From: an uncultured Acidobacteriota bacterium
GTDB lineage: Bacteria > Acidobacteriota > Thermoanaerobaculia > Multivoradales > JAGPDF01
DNA: 64,000 bases
Assembly: GCA_963781755.1 (NCBI GenBank)
Contig: CAWAGZ010000008.1
Location: 16,153 to 80,152 of the forward strand
Reading direction: 5' to 3'
The first letter of the stretch is position 1. Each line of letters starts with the position of its first letter. This document shows, one piece after another, positions 1 to 10,242 of this stretch. Under the pieces are notes generated by a model that did no database searches, was not told where the DNA came from, and was given only the letters and a program-made list of their open reading frames with translations. Position numbers and translations under genes: made by a program.

Positions 1-1
1 C

Positions 2-1207
2 GTCTACCAGATCCTCAACCAGGACCCGACCCCGCTGGTGGTGCGCCGGCCGGACCTCGGACCGCGGCTCGAGCAGCTGGTGATGAAGATGCTGCACAAG
101 GACCGCGATCAGCGCTTCGCCAACGCCGCCGAGGTGGTGCGCGAGATCGCGGCCTGCGAGCGCGAGCTGAGCCCGACCCTGCTCGCCGGCGCCGCCATGC
201 CCGGCGACGCCGTCGAGGGCGCCACGACGCGGATGCCCGAGGACGTCTCGACGACCGTGCGGCCCGCGGGAGCGCCCCCGCCGCCTCCGCCGCCGGGCGC
301 CGCAGCGCCGGCGGTTCCGCAGCCGGCCCAGTCGGCGGCCGCGGCGCCGAAGTCGCGCTTCGCGCTGGTGGCCGTGATCGTGGTCGTGATCCTCGCCGTG
401 CTGGTCGCGGGCGGACTGGCCGCCCGCAGCTTCGTCGGCCACTGGCTGGCGAAGCGCGCGGAGGCCCGGCTCGCGGCGGCGGCCGAGAGCAGCGCGCAGG
501 AGACGTCTCCGGCGACGGTTCCCGCGAGCGGCCCCGAGGCGACGCAGCCGGCAGCGAAGCCTCCGGTCTCGAACCCGCCGACGGCCGCGGATTCGGTCCC
601 GGCCGCGACCCCTTCGCAGGGTGCGGCGACGGCCGCCCCGACGAGTCCCGAACCGGCTCCGACCTCGAGCCCGGAGTCGAGCCCGATCCTGACGCCGGGG
701 ACGCGGGTGAAGGTGCCGCAGCCGACCCCCGCCGAGGTGCAGCCCCGGACCGAGCCGGAGCCGGCGCGTCCGGTGCGGCCGCGGCCGCAGGTCGAGGAGA
801 GCCACGCGACCTCCGCACCGAAGCCCGAGCCGCGCGTCGAGCAGCCCCCGGCGGAGCCGCCGCCCGATCCGCGCGAGATGCGCGAGGCGGTGATCGAGCG
901 CCTGCCGGTCGACCGCGAGATGACGACGGCGATGAACCTCTCCTTCGACGTCCAGCCGAAGGCCGCGGCCGAGCGCCTGATCGTGCGCCTCGACAAGATC
1001 GTGATCGGGACTCCCGCCGACTGGAACGCCGGCAAGCGCGGCGGTCGCTCCTACGGCGTGCCCGATCCCGGCCTCCACATCGTCTCGTTCCTGCTCGACG
1101 GCAACGAGATCTACCGCATCCGGATCCGCGCCCAGGTCGGCGGCGCGCCCAGCCCGACCACGATCTCGGTCTCGCTGCCCCAGGCCGGGGGGCGCCGCCG
1201 GCCCTGA
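2..1207 (+). CDS. Ser/Thr protein kinase, 5'-truncated at window edge. Kinase-domain tail, Pro/Ala-rich linker, one TM helix, C-terminal extracytoplasmic domain.
   Basis: Frame continues upstream of the ORF-track Met at 38 (VYQILNQDPTPLVVRRPDLGPRLEQLVMKMLHKDRDQRF, typical kinase subdomain XI end). Hydrophobic stretch FALVAVIVVVILAVLVAGGLAA. Confidence 0.6.
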   Translation, partial: VYQILNQDPTPLVVRRPDLGPRLEQLVMKMLHKDRDQRFANAAEVVREIAACERELSPTLLAGAAMPGDAVEGATTRMPEDVSTTVRPAGAPPPPPPPGAAAPAVPQPAQSAAAAPKSRFALVAVIVVVILAVLVAGGLAARSFVGHWLAKRAEARLAAAAESSAQETSPATVPASGPEATQPAAKPPVSNPPTAADSVPAATPSQGAATAAPTSPEPAPTSSPESSPILTPGTRVKVPQPTPAEVQPRTEPEPARPVRPRPQVEESHATSAPKPEPRVEQPPAEPPPDPREMREAVIERLPVDREMTTAMNLSFDVQPKAAAERLIVRLDKIVIGTPADWNAGKRGGRSYGVPDPGLHIVSFLLDGNEIYRIRIRAQVGGAPSPTTISVSLPQAGGRRRP

Positions 1208-1210
1208 GCC

Positions 1211-2485
1211 TTGGCTGCGCAGCCCGCCCCACCGCGTCCGCCGGCGCTCGCCGGCGAGATCGAGGTCTCGAAGCTCGCCAACGGGCTCGACCTGTGCCTG
1301 GTGCGCAATCCGCAGGCGCCGCTCGTGACCTCGGCGATCTTCTACCGGGTCGGCGCCCGCGACGAGGATCCGGGGCGCGGCGGACTGGCCCACTTCCTCG
1401 AGCACCTGATGTTCAAGGGCTCCGAGGACTACGGCCCGGGTGAGATCGACCGCCGCACCCAGGCGCTGGGCGGCTCGAACAACGCCTTCACCAGCCACGA
1501 CGTCACCGCCTACTGGTTCACCTTCGCCTCGGATCGCTGGACCGAGGCGCTGGCCATCGAGGCCGACCGCATGCGCGGGCTCAGGCTGGACCCGCGAGAG
1601 GTGGACGCCGAGCGGCGGGTGATCGTCGAGGAGATCGCGATGTACCGCGACGAGCCGTGGGACGCGCTCGAGCTCGACGTTCTGGCGGCGCTGTTCCCCG
1701 GCCACCCCTACGGCCGGCCGGTCCTGGGCACCGCCGAAGAGCTCGCGGGCGAGGGCCCGGAGATCCTGGCGGCGTTCCACCGGCGCTACTACCGGCCCTC
1801 CAACGCGGTGCTGGTGGTCGCCGGAGATGTCGAGAGCACGGCGCGCGAGCGCGTCGAGGCGGCCTTCGCCGGACTCGACGGCCCGCCGCCGCGGCGTACG
1901 CCGCCACCGCCGGCGCCGCGCAGCGCGGCGCGGGTCCGCATCGAGCGCCGTCACGGCGAAGTGGCGCGGTTGCTGCTCTCGCTGCCCGCTCCTCCGCCCG
2001 ACGAATCCGACCACGCCGGGCTGCGGCTGCTCGCGACGCTGCTCGCTTCGGGCCGCTCGAGCCGGTTGCAGCGGTCGCTGGTCGAGGAGGGGCACCACTG
2101 CCTCTCGGTCTCGGCCTCGCTGGCGGACAGCGAGGGCGACGGGTTCTTCTCGATCGCAGCGGAGCTCTTGCCGGGAGCCGATCCCGGTGAGGTCGAGCGC
2201 AGGGTCACCGCCGAGCTCGCCGAGCTCGCCACCGTGCCGGTGCCGACCGAGGAGCTCGAGCGCGCGCGGCAGGTCTTCCAGGCCGACTGGGCCTGGGGGC
2301 AGGAGCGCATCCATCAGCAGGCCGTGGCGGTCGGGCTGGCGCGGACGCAGTTCGACCTCGGCCAGCCGGGCCGGCTGCTCGACGCGGCGCTCGCCGCCGG
2401 TCCGAACCGCCTCGCGGCGCTCGCCGGCCGTTGGCTCGACCCGGTCGCCGGCGGCGTGCTGGGCGTCTCCCTGCCCGAGGTCTGA
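1211..2485 (+). CDS. M16 family zinc metallopeptidase (pitrilysin/insulinase-like), catalytic subunit
   Basis: HxxEH zinc motif in HFLEHLMFKG near N-terminus; 424 aa; TTG start 4 nt after upstream stop. Confidence 0.85.
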   Translation: MAAQPAPPRPPALAGEIEVSKLANGLDLCLVRNPQAPLVTSAIFYRVGARDEDPGRGGLAHFLEHLMFKGSEDYGPGEIDRRTQALGGSNNAFTSHDVTAYWFTFASDRWTEALAIEADRMRGLRLDPREVDAERRVIVEEIAMYRDEPWDALELDVLAALFPGHPYGRPVLGTAEELAGEGPEILAAFHRRYYRPSNAVLVVAGDVESTARERVEAAFAGLDGPPPRRTPPPPAPRSAARVRIERRHGEVARLLLSLPAPPPDESDHAGLRLLATLLASGRSSRLQRSLVEEGHHCLSVSASLADSEGDGFFSIAAELLPGADPGEVERRVTAELAELATVPVPTEELERARQVFQADWAWGQERIHQQAVAVGLARTQFDLGQPGRLLDAALAAGPNRLAALAGRWLDPVAGGVLGVSLPEV

Positions 2486-2488
2486 AGC

Positions 2489-3745
2489 GTGCGCCGCACC
2501 AGCGCGGGGGGCGCGACGAGCGGGACGGAAGCGACGGGGACCGCGCGGCGCGTCCGCCGCGTCTCGGGCGCACCGGTCGTGGCCGTCCGGGTCGTGCTGG
2601 CCGGCGGAGCGCGCGCCGAGGAGATCCCGGGCACGGCGCTGGTCGCCGGGCGCGCGCTGGCCGAAGGCACGACCCGGCGCGACTGGCGCGTGATCGCCGC
2701 CGAGGCCGAATCGCGCGGCACCAGTGTCGCCGGCTTCGGCGCTTTCGAGACGACGGGGGTCGCGGTCGACGCGTTGGCCACGGAGTGGCAACGGGCGCTC
2801 GCACTGGCCGCCGAGCTGGTCTTCGACCCCGCCTTCCCGGCGGAGCGGTTGGAGTGGCTGACCCGGCAGGCCGGCGCCGAGCTCGAAACCCTGGCCGACG
2901 AAGCCGACGTCCTGACCGGACGCGCCTTCGCCGAGCTGCTCTACGGGGCGCACCCGATGGGCCGGCCGCTGCAGGGGAGCCGGGAAAGCCTGGCCCGGAT
3001 CGACCGCGAGACCTGCGCCCGCTTCCACGCCCGCGCTCTGGAGCGGGGTGGCTGCGTCGCGGTGGCGGGCGTCATCGACGAGGACGCCGTCGCCGCCGAG
3101 CTGGAGCGGCTCTTCGGCCGCCTCTCTCCACCCGGCGGCGCGGACGCGACGCCGCCCGCGCCGCCCGAGCGCGGCGCGCGGCGCCGGGAGATCCGCACCC
3201 GCGCCCGCGATCAGGCGCACCTGTTCGTGGGCCAGCTGACGGTCGAGCGCCGCCACCCCGACTGCGCCGCGCTCGAGCTGGCAGCGGTGGCGCTGGGCGC
3301 CGGCTCCGGGCTGTCGGGGAGGATCCCGAACCGGATCCGCGATCGCGAGGGGCTCGCCTACCACTCGTGGGCCGACGCCGTCGCCGGCGCGGGGCTCGAC
3401 CGCGGCCGGTTCGTGGCCTACGTCGGAACGGCGCCCGCGAGCGTGGCCCGCGCGGAGCGCGCGATCACCGAGGAGACGCGGCGCCTGGTCGAGTCGGGGC
3501 TGACGCCGCGCGAGATCGCGGAGGCGCGCTCCTACCTGCTCGGTCGCGAGCCGTTCCGGCTCGAGACGGCGCGGCAGTGGGCGGACCTCGCCGCCCTGGG
3601 CGAGATCGAGGATCTGCCGCTCGCCGATCCGGACTGGGCGCGGGACCGGATCGAGCGGACGACCGACGCCGAGGTCGAGGCGGCGCTCCGCCGCCACCTC
3701 GACGCCGACCGCCTCGCGGTCGCGGTCGGTCTGCCAGGACGCTGA
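2489..3745 (+). CDS. M16 family peptidase, second (non-catalytic-type) subunit
   Basis: GTG start 4 nt after the preceding M16 gene. M16 fold similarity without HxxEH. The paired arrangement is typical of two-subunit M16B peptidases. Confidence 0.75.
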   Translation: MRRTSAGGATSGTEATGTARRVRRVSGAPVVAVRVVLAGGARAEEIPGTALVAGRALAEGTTRRDWRVIAAEAESRGTSVAGFGAFETTGVAVDALATEWQRALALAAELVFDPAFPAERLEWLTRQAGAELETLADEADVLTGRAFAELLYGAHPMGRPLQGSRESLARIDRETCARFHARALERGGCVAVAGVIDEDAVAAELERLFGRLSPPGGADATPPAPPERGARRREIRTRARDQAHLFVGQLTVERRHPDCAALELAAVALGAGSGLSGRIPNRIRDREGLAYHSWADAVAGAGLDRGRFVAYVGTAPASVARAERAITEETRRLVESGLTPREIAEARSYLLGREPFRLETARQWADLAALGEIEDLPLADPDWARDRIERTTDAEVEAALRRHLDADRLAVAVGLPGR

Positions 3746-3754
3746 GCTCGGGTT

Positions 3755-3771
3755 CCCGCGCCGGGCGCGGG
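3755..3771. terminator. GC-rich inverted repeat (CCCGCGCC-G-GGCGCGGG) between convergent genes; candidate bidirectional terminator
   Basis: Perfect 8-bp inverted repeat in the 27-bp gap between the 3' ends of the M16 gene (+) and the TPR/cNMP gene (-). Confidence 0.45.
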
Positions 3772-3772
3772 T

Positions 3773-5542
3773 TCAGACGGAGACGCTCTCGTCGCGCACG
3801 CCGCCGGCGAAGATGCGCCAAGTGGTGACCTTCTCGTCGATCTCGCGCAGGCGCTTGGCGATCAGCCGGCAGAGCAGCTTCAGGAACTCGAGCGAGGCCT
3901 CGGGGTCGAGCGCGAGCATCTCCTGAATCGTCCCCTGGTCGAGGGAGAGGACCGTGACCGGTCCGCCGTGGGCGCGGGCGTCGGCCGACCGGGGCTCGCC
4001 GTCGATCAGCGACATCTCGCCGAAGAAGTCGCCGCGCTCGAGGATCGCGAGGGCCTCCTCGCCGGCCCCCGGGATGTACTTCGAGATCAGCACCTTGCCG
4101 TCGAGCACGACGTACATCTCGTGGCCCTCGTCGCCCTCCTCGAACAACGCGCTGCCGGATTCGAAGCGCAGCTCGCGCGAGAAGTTGGCGAGCGTGGTCA
4201 GCTCTTTGCCCGAGAGCCCCTGCTCGCGCAGCATGCGCATCTTCTCCTCGCTCGGGACGTCGATGGTGCCGGAGACCGTCTCCCGCGCGCGCCGCAGGCG
4301 CAGGAAGTTCTCCGGCTGCTTGTCCGAAGCGAAGAAGGTCTTGAGCTGCTCGTTCGTGGCCCGCAGCTTGCCGGCCAGCGAGTGCCACAGGCCCCAGTAG
4401 ATCTGGACCCCGAACTCTGCCCAGTGCTGCGCCTGGCCGGCCATCGCCTCGCCGTCGAAGCGCAGCATGCGCGCGGCCTTGGAGACCAGCGCGTCGCCCG
4501 AGCGCGGACCCGACGCCACGAATCCGACCTCGCCGAACACCGAGCCCGGCTTGAGGATGGCGAGCGGGAAGGTGCCGTAGGGCGTCGGGCGCTGGATGGC
4601 GACCTCGCCCTCGTCGAGCAGGTAGAAGTCGGTTCCCACCGAGAGGTGGGCGAAGACGAGCGTACCCGCCTCGAGCGATTCCTCGCTCACCGAGGAGGAG
4701 AGCTTGAAGATCTGCTCGTCGGTCAGGTGCGACCAGGTCTCGCAGCGGCGCAGGCGCGAGGCGATCGAGAGTCGCCCCTGGGATCCCTCGGAAGTGGGCG
4801 ACGGCACGTCGGCCAGCGCGTCGGCGTCGTGGAAGCGCTCGCGCCGCCACTGCAACCGGTCGAAAGCGATGTGCAGGACGTCCTCGCGGTCGCGGAGCAG
4901 GCCGCTGACCTGGTGCGACTGCCACCCGAGCAGGTGGCGCAGGGTGCGAATGCGCCGGCGAAGACGAATGGCGCGCTCCTCTTCGGTCGAGGGCAGGAGG
5001 AGGAAGGCGTCGATGGTCGCGGACATGGCGTCGACATACTGTCGCCGCTCGTATTCGACCTGTCCCAGCAGCTCGGCGGCCTCTCGGTCGAAGGGGTTGA
5101 AGCGCAGCGCCTGGCGCAGCTGCTCGGCGGCGGCGTCGAAGTCCTGCAGGTGGTAGTGCAGGCGGCCGGCGAGCTTGAAGGCGCTGGGGGAGATGGGGTC
5201 CTTCGCGCGCGCGATCTCGAGGCACTCGAGAGCGCGGTACTCCTCCCCCTTCTCCGCGTAGAGCCAGGCCAGCCCGACGAAGTGCGAGGCGTCGATCGCC
5301 GCCCGCCTCAGCTCGTCACGCAGGACGTCGACCGGGTCCTTGTCGCTGTTGGTGTGGGACTGGGCGCGCTTGAGCTTGCGCAGCCGGGCGACCGCCAACC
5401 GGAGCCCGAGGTCCTGTGGCTCGAGGCGCAGCGCGAGGCCGAACAGCTCGATCGCCTCCTCGAATCGCTTGCGGTCGGCGAAGCGTCTCGCGAGGGCGAC
5501 GAGCTCTTCCAGGTCGGGAGAGCCGGTGGGTCGTTCGGTCAT
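3773..5542 (-). CDS. TPR-repeat protein with two C-terminal cyclic-nucleotide-binding (cNMP/CAP-type) domains
   Basis: ORF-track frame 3773..5713. Start chosen at internal Met (MTERPTGSPDLEEL) at 5540-5542 because the longer form would run into the divergent gene. Two FGE(M/V)...GxxRSA-like cNMP-binding signatures (FGEVGFV..., FGEMSLIDGEPRSADARA). Confidence 0.7.
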   Translation of the reverse strand: MTERPTGSPDLEELVALARRFADRKRFEEAIELFGLALRLEPQDLGLRLAVARLRKLKRAQSHTNSDKDPVDVLRDELRRAAIDASHFVGLAWLYAEKGEEYRALECLEIARAKDPISPSAFKLAGRLHYHLQDFDAAAEQLRQALRFNPFDREAAELLGQVEYERRQYVDAMSATIDAFLLLPSTEEERAIRLRRRIRTLRHLLGWQSHQVSGLLRDREDVLHIAFDRLQWRRERFHDADALADVPSPTSEGSQGRLSIASRLRRCETWSHLTDEQIFKLSSSVSEESLEAGTLVFAHLSVGTDFYLLDEGEVAIQRPTPYGTFPLAILKPGSVFGEVGFVASGPRSGDALVSKAARMLRFDGEAMAGQAQHWAEFGVQIYWGLWHSLAGKLRATNEQLKTFFASDKQPENFLRLRRARETVSGTIDVPSEEKMRMLREQGLSGKELTTLANFSRELRFESGSALFEEGDEGHEMYVVLDGKVLISKYIPGAGEEALAILERGDFFGEMSLIDGEPRSADARAHGGPVTVLSLDQGTIQEMLALDPEASLEFLKLLCRLIAKRLREIDEKVTTWRIFAGGVRDESVSV

Positions 5543-5600
5543 CGCGAGCTCGGCCGCGGGGTTCCTCGAAATAGTGTCGAAAGTGTAGCATGGACGAAGG

Positions 5601-6074
5601 ATGTCGAACGAGTCCGTGGACGCCTCGGCCCTGGCCGCGAAAGGGGTCTCCCTGTGTCGCGAGGGGGACTGGGACCGCGGTCTCGCGCTGCTCAGCGCCG
5701 CGGCCGAGGGCAAGAGCTCCGGCGAGGAGCTGCCGGGCGTCGTCTACTCGTTCCTGGGATACGGGATCGCCGCCCATCAGCGCCGCGCCAAGGACGGGCT
5801 GCGGCTGTGCGAGCACGCGGTCAAGATCCAGTACTACGAGCCCGACAATCACATGAACCTGGCGCGGGTCCAGCTCCTGATGTCGGACCGCAAGGCGGCG
5901 GTCAGCTCGATCGCCCGCGGCCTCAAGCTCAACCCCAACCACAGAGGTCTCAAGGATCTGCGGGTCGAGATCGGCGTGCGCAAGCGCCCGGTCCTGCGCT
6001 TCCTCTCGCGCACCAATCCGATCAACGTCCTGCTCGGCCAGCTGCGCAACTTCCTGCGCTCCAGGAACGACTGA
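5601..6074 (+). CDS. small TPR-like protein, divergent from the TPR/cNMP gene
   Basis: 157-aa ORF with helical-repeat composition; 58-bp divergent intergenic region. Confidence 0.45.
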   Translation: MSNESVDASALAAKGVSLCREGDWDRGLALLSAAAEGKSSGEELPGVVYSFLGYGIAAHQRRAKDGLRLCEHAVKIQYYEPDNHMNLARVQLLMSDRKAAVSSIARGLKLNPNHRGLKDLRVEIGVRKRPVLRFLSRTNPINVLLGQLRNFLRSRND

Positions 6075-6123
6075 ATCCGGTGCGCCTGACGGTGGGGCCG
6101 CGGCGCACTCTTCGCCGCGAAGG

Positions 6124-6218
6124 CCTTTTTGAAGGGAAAGGCTCCCGAGCCGAGACGCCTCGGGACCGGGAGCGCAGGCGGAGGTCCCGGTCCTTCCCTT
6201 CCATGGCAGCTTCTGTCG
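6124..6218. repeat. ~95-bp structured intergenic repeat (copy 1): inverted arms TGAAGGGAAAGG / CCTTCCCTTCCA around an internal hairpin, followed by GCAGCTTCTGTC tail
   Basis: Seen directly. Same architecture recurs at 31178-31275, with partial copies at 12541-12805 and 39572-39601. Sits between convergent 3' ends (TPR gene + / pstB -). Confidence 0.6.
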
Positions 6219-6265
6219 GATCGGACTCCAGGATGCGATCGACGGAGTGGCCCGACTCGGTCGCC

Positions 6266-7174
6266 TCAGCCGAAGCGGCCGGTGACGTAGTCCTCGGTCT
6301 TCTTCTGGGCGGGGTTGGTCATCACCGTGGCGGTGTCGTTGAACTCGATCAACTCGCCCAGAAAGAGGAAGGCCGTGTAGTCGGAGATGCGCCCGGCCTG
6401 TTGCAGGTTGTGGGTGACGATCGCGACGGTGTAGTCCGCCGCCAGCTCGCGTACCAGCTCCTCGATCGCGGCGGTCGCGATGGGGTCGAGGGCCGAGGTC
6501 GGCTCGTCGAGCAGGAGGACTTCGGGCTTGACCGCGATCGCGCGCGCGACGCACAGCCGCTGTTGCTGACCGCCCGACAAGCCGCGGCCGGTCTGCTTGA
6601 GCTTGTCCTTGACCTCCTCCCACAGCGCCGCCTTGCGCAGCGCCCATTCCACGCGCTCGTCCATGTCGGCCGGGCGCAGGCGCTCGTAGAGCCGCACGCC
6701 GAATGCGATGTTGTCGTAGATCGACATCGGAAACGGAGTGGGCGCCTGGAAAACCATGCCGACCTTGCGTCGCAGCAGGTTGAGGTCGTAGCCGGAGTCG
6801 AGGACGTTCTCGCCGTCGAGCAGGACCCGGCCCTCGGCGCGCTGTCTGGGATAGAGCTCGAACATCCGGTTCATGGTCCGTAGCAGCGTCGACTTGCCGC
6901 AGCCGGAGGGGCCGATGAAAGCGGTGACCCGGCGCGTGTAGATCGTCAGGTCGATGCCCTTGAGCACCTGCTGCTTGCCGTAGAAGAACTTCAGCGCGTC
7001 GACGACGATTCTCGGCTCGAGCGGGCCGGCGTCGGTGACGAGCGGAGCGGCTCCGAGCGAATCGGGAGCGGGAGCGGCCGATTCGACGCGGTTGCCGAGC
7101 TCCGTCGGCGACACCCCGTCGGCGCCTGCTCCGGGTGCCCGGGGCTCGGTCCGGTTCTCGAGAGGGGAAGCCAT
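6266..7174 (-). CDS. pstB: phosphate ABC transporter ATP-binding protein PstB, with a low-complexity N-terminal extension
   Basis: Walker [10 protein letters not shown], signature LSGGQQQRL, Walker [12 protein letters not shown]; very PstB-like over ~250 aa. Confidence 0.95.
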   Translation of the reverse strand: MASPLENRTEPRAPGAGADGVSPTELGNRVESAAPAPDSLGAAPLVTDAGPLEPRIVVDALKFFYGKQQVLKGIDLTIYTRRVTAFIGPSGCGKSTLLRTMNRMFELYPRQRAEGRVLLDGENVLDSGYDLNLLRRKVGMVFQAPTPFPMSIYDNIAFGVRLYERLRPADMDERVEWALRKAALWEEVKDKLKQTGRGLSGGQQQRLCVARAIAVKPEVLLLDEPTSALDPIATAAIEELVRELAADYTVAIVTHNLQQAGRISDYTAFLFLGELIEFNDTATVMTNPAQKKTEDYVTGRFG

Positions 7175-7177
7175 CGT

Positions 7178-8047
7178 TCAGCCGTTCCTTTCTGGGCGCA
7201 GGGTGGCCCGGGCCACGATGCTGAGAACCAGGACGCTCAGCGTGATCAGCACCGCTCCCGCCCAGGCGAGGTGGTGCCAGTCCTCGTAGGGGCTCATGGC
7301 GAACTGGAAGATGACCACGGGGAGGTTCGCCATCGGCCGGTTCATGTTCGTGCTCCAGAACTGATTGTTCAAGGCGGTGAAGAGCAACGGCGCCGTCTCG
7401 CCGCTGATCCTCGCCACCGCGAGCAGGACCCCGGTCAGGATACCCGACCTCGCCGCCCGGAACGTGATCAGGACGATCACCTTCCAGCGTGGCGCACCGA
7501 GAGCTGCCGCCGCCTCGCGCAGGGAGGTCGGCACCAGCCGCAGCATGTCTTCCGAGGTGCGGACGATGATCGGGATCGCGATGATCGCGAGCGAAGCGAC
7601 GCCGGCCCAGCCGGAGAAGTGCCCCATGGTGACGACCATCACCTCGTAGACGAACAGGCCGACGATGATCGAAGGCGCCGAGAGCAGGACATCGTTGACG
7701 AAACGGACCAGGTTGGCGAAACGCCCGGAGCCGCCGTACTCGGACAGGTAGGTTGCGGCCAGGATGCCGATCGGGGCGGCGAGTCCGATCGCCAGCCCGG
7801 TCATCGCCAGACTGCCGACGATGGCGTTGGCGAGACCACCGTCGCTGCCCGGAGGGGGCGTCATCTTCACCAGGACGTCGGGCCGCAGCGCGCCGAGGCC
7901 GCGGGCCGCCAGGGTCCAGAGGATCCAGAGCAGGACGAAGAGCCCGGCGGCGGTGGCGGTCACCGAGAGGCCCAGCGCGATCCAGTTGACCAGACGGCGC
8001 CGGCGGTAGAGCCGCCTCGAGACCCCGGGAATGGCCGCGACCGCCAT
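7178..8047 (-). CDS. pstA: phosphate ABC transporter permease PstA
   Basis: Six-TM permease with EAA-like loop; 4-nt gap to pstB; 1-nt start/stop overlap with pstC. Confidence 0.95.
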   Translation of the reverse strand: MAVAAIPGVSRRLYRRRRLVNWIALGLSVTATAAGLFVLLWILWTLAARGLGALRPDVLVKMTPPPGSDGGLANAIVGSLAMTGLAIGLAAPIGILAATYLSEYGGSGRFANLVRFVNDVLLSAPSIIVGLFVYEVMVVTMGHFSGWAGVASLAIIAIPIIVRTSEDMLRLVPTSLREAAAALGAPRWKVIVLITFRAARSGILTGVLLAVARISGETAPLLFTALNNQFWSTNMNRPMANLPVVIFQFAMSPYEDWHHLAWAGAVLITLSVLVLSIVARATLRPERNG

Positions 8048-9042
8048 CAGCTCGTCGTTCCCTGACGCTTCTCCAGCCGGTTGAGCATCAGCTTCGAGAG
8101 GCTGATCACGATGCAGGTGATGACGAACAGAATCAGACCGAGCTCGATGAGCGAGGACGTGTAGAGATCGCCCACCGCCTCGGTGAACTCGTTGGCGAGG
8201 TTGGAGGAGATCGTGTTGCCCGGCATGAACAGCGAGGCATGCAAGTGGTGCGCGTTACCGATGACGAAGGTCACCGCCATCGTCTCGCCCATCGCGCGCC
8301 CGAGGCCGAGCATGATGCCGCCGGCCACGCCGACCTTGGCGTAGGGCAGGACGACGTTCCAGTTCACCTCCCAGGTCGTCGCGCCGAGGGCGTAGCTCGA
8401 CTCCTTGAGCACGCCGGGGACGGTGAGGAAGACGTCGCGCATGACCGACGAGATGAACGGGATGACCATGATGGCCAGGATCAGGCCGGCGGTGAAGATG
8501 CCGATACCCATCGGTGGACCCTGGAAGAGCGCTCCGACCACGGGCCAGTTGCCGAGGTGCGAGGTCATCCAGGGCTGGACGTGGTCGGCGAGGTAGGGAG
8601 CGAGCACGAACAGTCCCCACATGCCGTAGATGATGCTCGGGATCGCCGCCAGCAGCTCGACCGCGGTCGACAGCGGCCGGCGCAGCCACCGCGGACAGAG
8701 CTCGGTGATGAACAGCGCGATGCCGAAGGAGAGCGGGACGCCGATCAGCATCGCGATCAGCGACGTGACCAGGGTGCCGTAGATCGTCACTCCGGCGCCG
8801 AACTCCTCGGTCACGGGGTTCCAGCGCACGCTGGTCAGGAAGCCGGTCCCGAACCTGCGAATCGCCGGCAGGCTGCCCTCGAAGAGGGTGACCAGAACGG
8901 CGAACAGCACGCTCAGGACGAGCAGGGCGAAGAACAGCGTCGTGCCGCGGAACAGGCGGTCGCCCAAGCGGGCGGCGCGCGCGTTGCCGCCGGCGGAGAG
9001 GTCCGCCGCGGGCGGGTCGGTCTGGGCGATGGGCGGGGTCAC
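8047..9042 (-). CDS. pstC: phosphate ABC transporter permease PstC
   Basis: PstC-type permease (…[12 protein letters not shown]…), upstream of pstA in the operon. Confidence 0.95.
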   Translation of the reverse strand: MTPPIAQTDPPAADLSAGGNARAARLGDRLFRGTTLFFALLVLSVLFAVLVTLFEGSLPAIRRFGTGFLTSVRWNPVTEEFGAGVTIYGTLVTSLIAMLIGVPLSFGIALFITELCPRWLRRPLSTAVELLAAIPSIIYGMWGLFVLAPYLADHVQPWMTSHLGNWPVVGALFQGPPMGIGIFTAGLILAIMVIPFISSVMRDVFLTVPGVLKESSYALGATTWEVNWNVVLPYAKVGVAGGIMLGLGRAMGETMAVTFVIGNAHHLHASLFMPGNTISSNLANEFTEAVGDLYTSSLIELGLILFVITCIVISLSKLMLNRLEKRQGTTS

Positions 9043-9122
9043 GAGGTCAATGGGGGCAGCCCCCGCGGACGGGAGCTGCCCCTCCGGTTGGAAGCGTGAG
9101 CTCGGGCTCGAGGGCTACGGGC

Positions 9123-10175
9123 TCAGCGCCCGGTCCAGACGGCCTTGCCTCCGCTCTTGATCTCGTTGTGCCAGGCATCTTCGACCAGCTGGACCACCGA
9201 GTCGGGCATCGGCACGTAGTCCAGCGAGTTGGCCATGTCGTCGCCGTTCTTGTAGGCCCAGTCGAAGAATTTTAGCACCTCGCGCGCGGTGTCCGCGTTG
9301 GCCTGATCCTTGTAGAAGAGGATGAACGTGGCGCCGGTGATCGGCCAGCTGTCCTTGCCGGGCTGGTCGGTGAGCAGGAGGTGGAAGCCGGGGGCCTTCG
9401 CCCAGTCGGCGTTGGCCGCGGCGGCCTGGAAGCTCTCGGCCGAGGGCGCCACGAAATTGCCCTCGCTGTTCTTCATCAGGACGAAGGCGAGCTTGTTCTG
9501 CAGGGCGTAGGCGTACTCGACATAGCCGATGGCGCCGTTGATCCGGCCGGTGAACGCGGCGACGCCCTCGTTGCCCTTGCCGCCCACTCCGGTCGGCCAC
9601 TCGACCGAGGTGTTCTCGCCGACCTTCTCCTGCCAGGTCGGGCTGACCTGCGACAGGTAGTGGGTGAAGATGAACGAGGTGCCCGAGCCGTCGGAACGGT
9701 GGACGACCGAAATCGCCTGGTCGGGCAGGTTCACGCCGGGATTGAGCGCCTTGAGAGCGGGGTCGTTCCACTTCGTGATCTTGCCGAGGTAGACGTCGGC
9801 GAGGGTGGGCCCGTCGAGCCGGATCTGCCCGGCGGCGATGCCCTCGATGTGGACCACCGGGACGACGCCGCCCATCACGGTCGGGAACTGCATCAGGCCG
9901 CTCGCGTCGAGGTCCTTGACCTCCAACGGCATGTCGGATGCGCCGAAGTCGACGGTCTTGGCCTGGATCTGCTTGATGCCGCCGCCCGAGCCGATCGACT
10001 GGTAGTTCATGCCGACGCCGGTCTTCGCCCTGTAGGCCTCGGCCCACTTGGCGTAGATCGGGTAGGGGAAGGTGGCTCCGGCGCCGGACAGGTCGGTCGC
10101 CGCGAGCGGGGCCGCGGCGACGGTCGCGGCCGCGAGCAGGGTGAGTCCGAGAATCAGGGAGCTCCTGCGGTGCAT
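9123..10175 (-). CDS. pstS: phosphate-binding protein PstS (periplasmic SBP) with signal peptide
   Basis: ORF-track frame 9123..10292. Start set at Met of MHRRSSLILGLTLLAAATVAAAPLAA (signal peptide) at 10175, preceded by GGAGGAG-type RBS. PstS motifs ATFPYPIYAKWA, SGGGI. Confidence 0.9.
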   Translation of the reverse strand: MHRRSSLILGLTLLAAATVAAAPLAATDLSGAGATFPYPIYAKWAEAYRAKTGVGMNYQSIGSGGGIKQIQAKTVDFGASDMPLEVKDLDASGLMQFPTVMGGVVPVVHIEGIAAGQIRLDGPTLADVYLGKITKWNDPALKALNPGVNLPDQAISVVHRSDGSGTSFIFTHYLSQVSPTWQEKVGENTSVEWPTGVGGKGNEGVAAFTGRINGAIGYVEYAYALQNKLAFVLMKNSEGNFVAPSAESFQAAAANADWAKAPGFHLLLTDQPGKDSWPITGATFILFYKDQANADTAREVLKFFDWAYKNGDDMANSLDYVPMPDSVVQLVEDAWHNEIKSGGKAVWTGR

Positions 10176-10242
10176 GCGCTTTCTCCTCCTTTTGGGGTTG
10201 CTCGGGATCGGTACCTTGCGCGGAGAACTATCTCGTGCCGTT

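Noticed and set aside
15-1232. Long minus-strand ORFs (15..1232, 109..1035) antisense to the kinase gene, Arg/Ala/Pro/Gly-rich
   Set aside because: Typical high-GC antisense artefacts: low-complexity composition, no motifs, and they overlap a sense gene with clear kinase/TM features.
3465-6883. ORFs 3465..5225 (-, 586 aa) and 3968..6883 (+, 971 aa) overlapping the TPR/cNMP gene and pstB
   Set aside because: Arg/Gly/Ala-rich low complexity with no domains; they overlap well-supported genes (PstB has a perfect Walker/signature set) in alternative frames.
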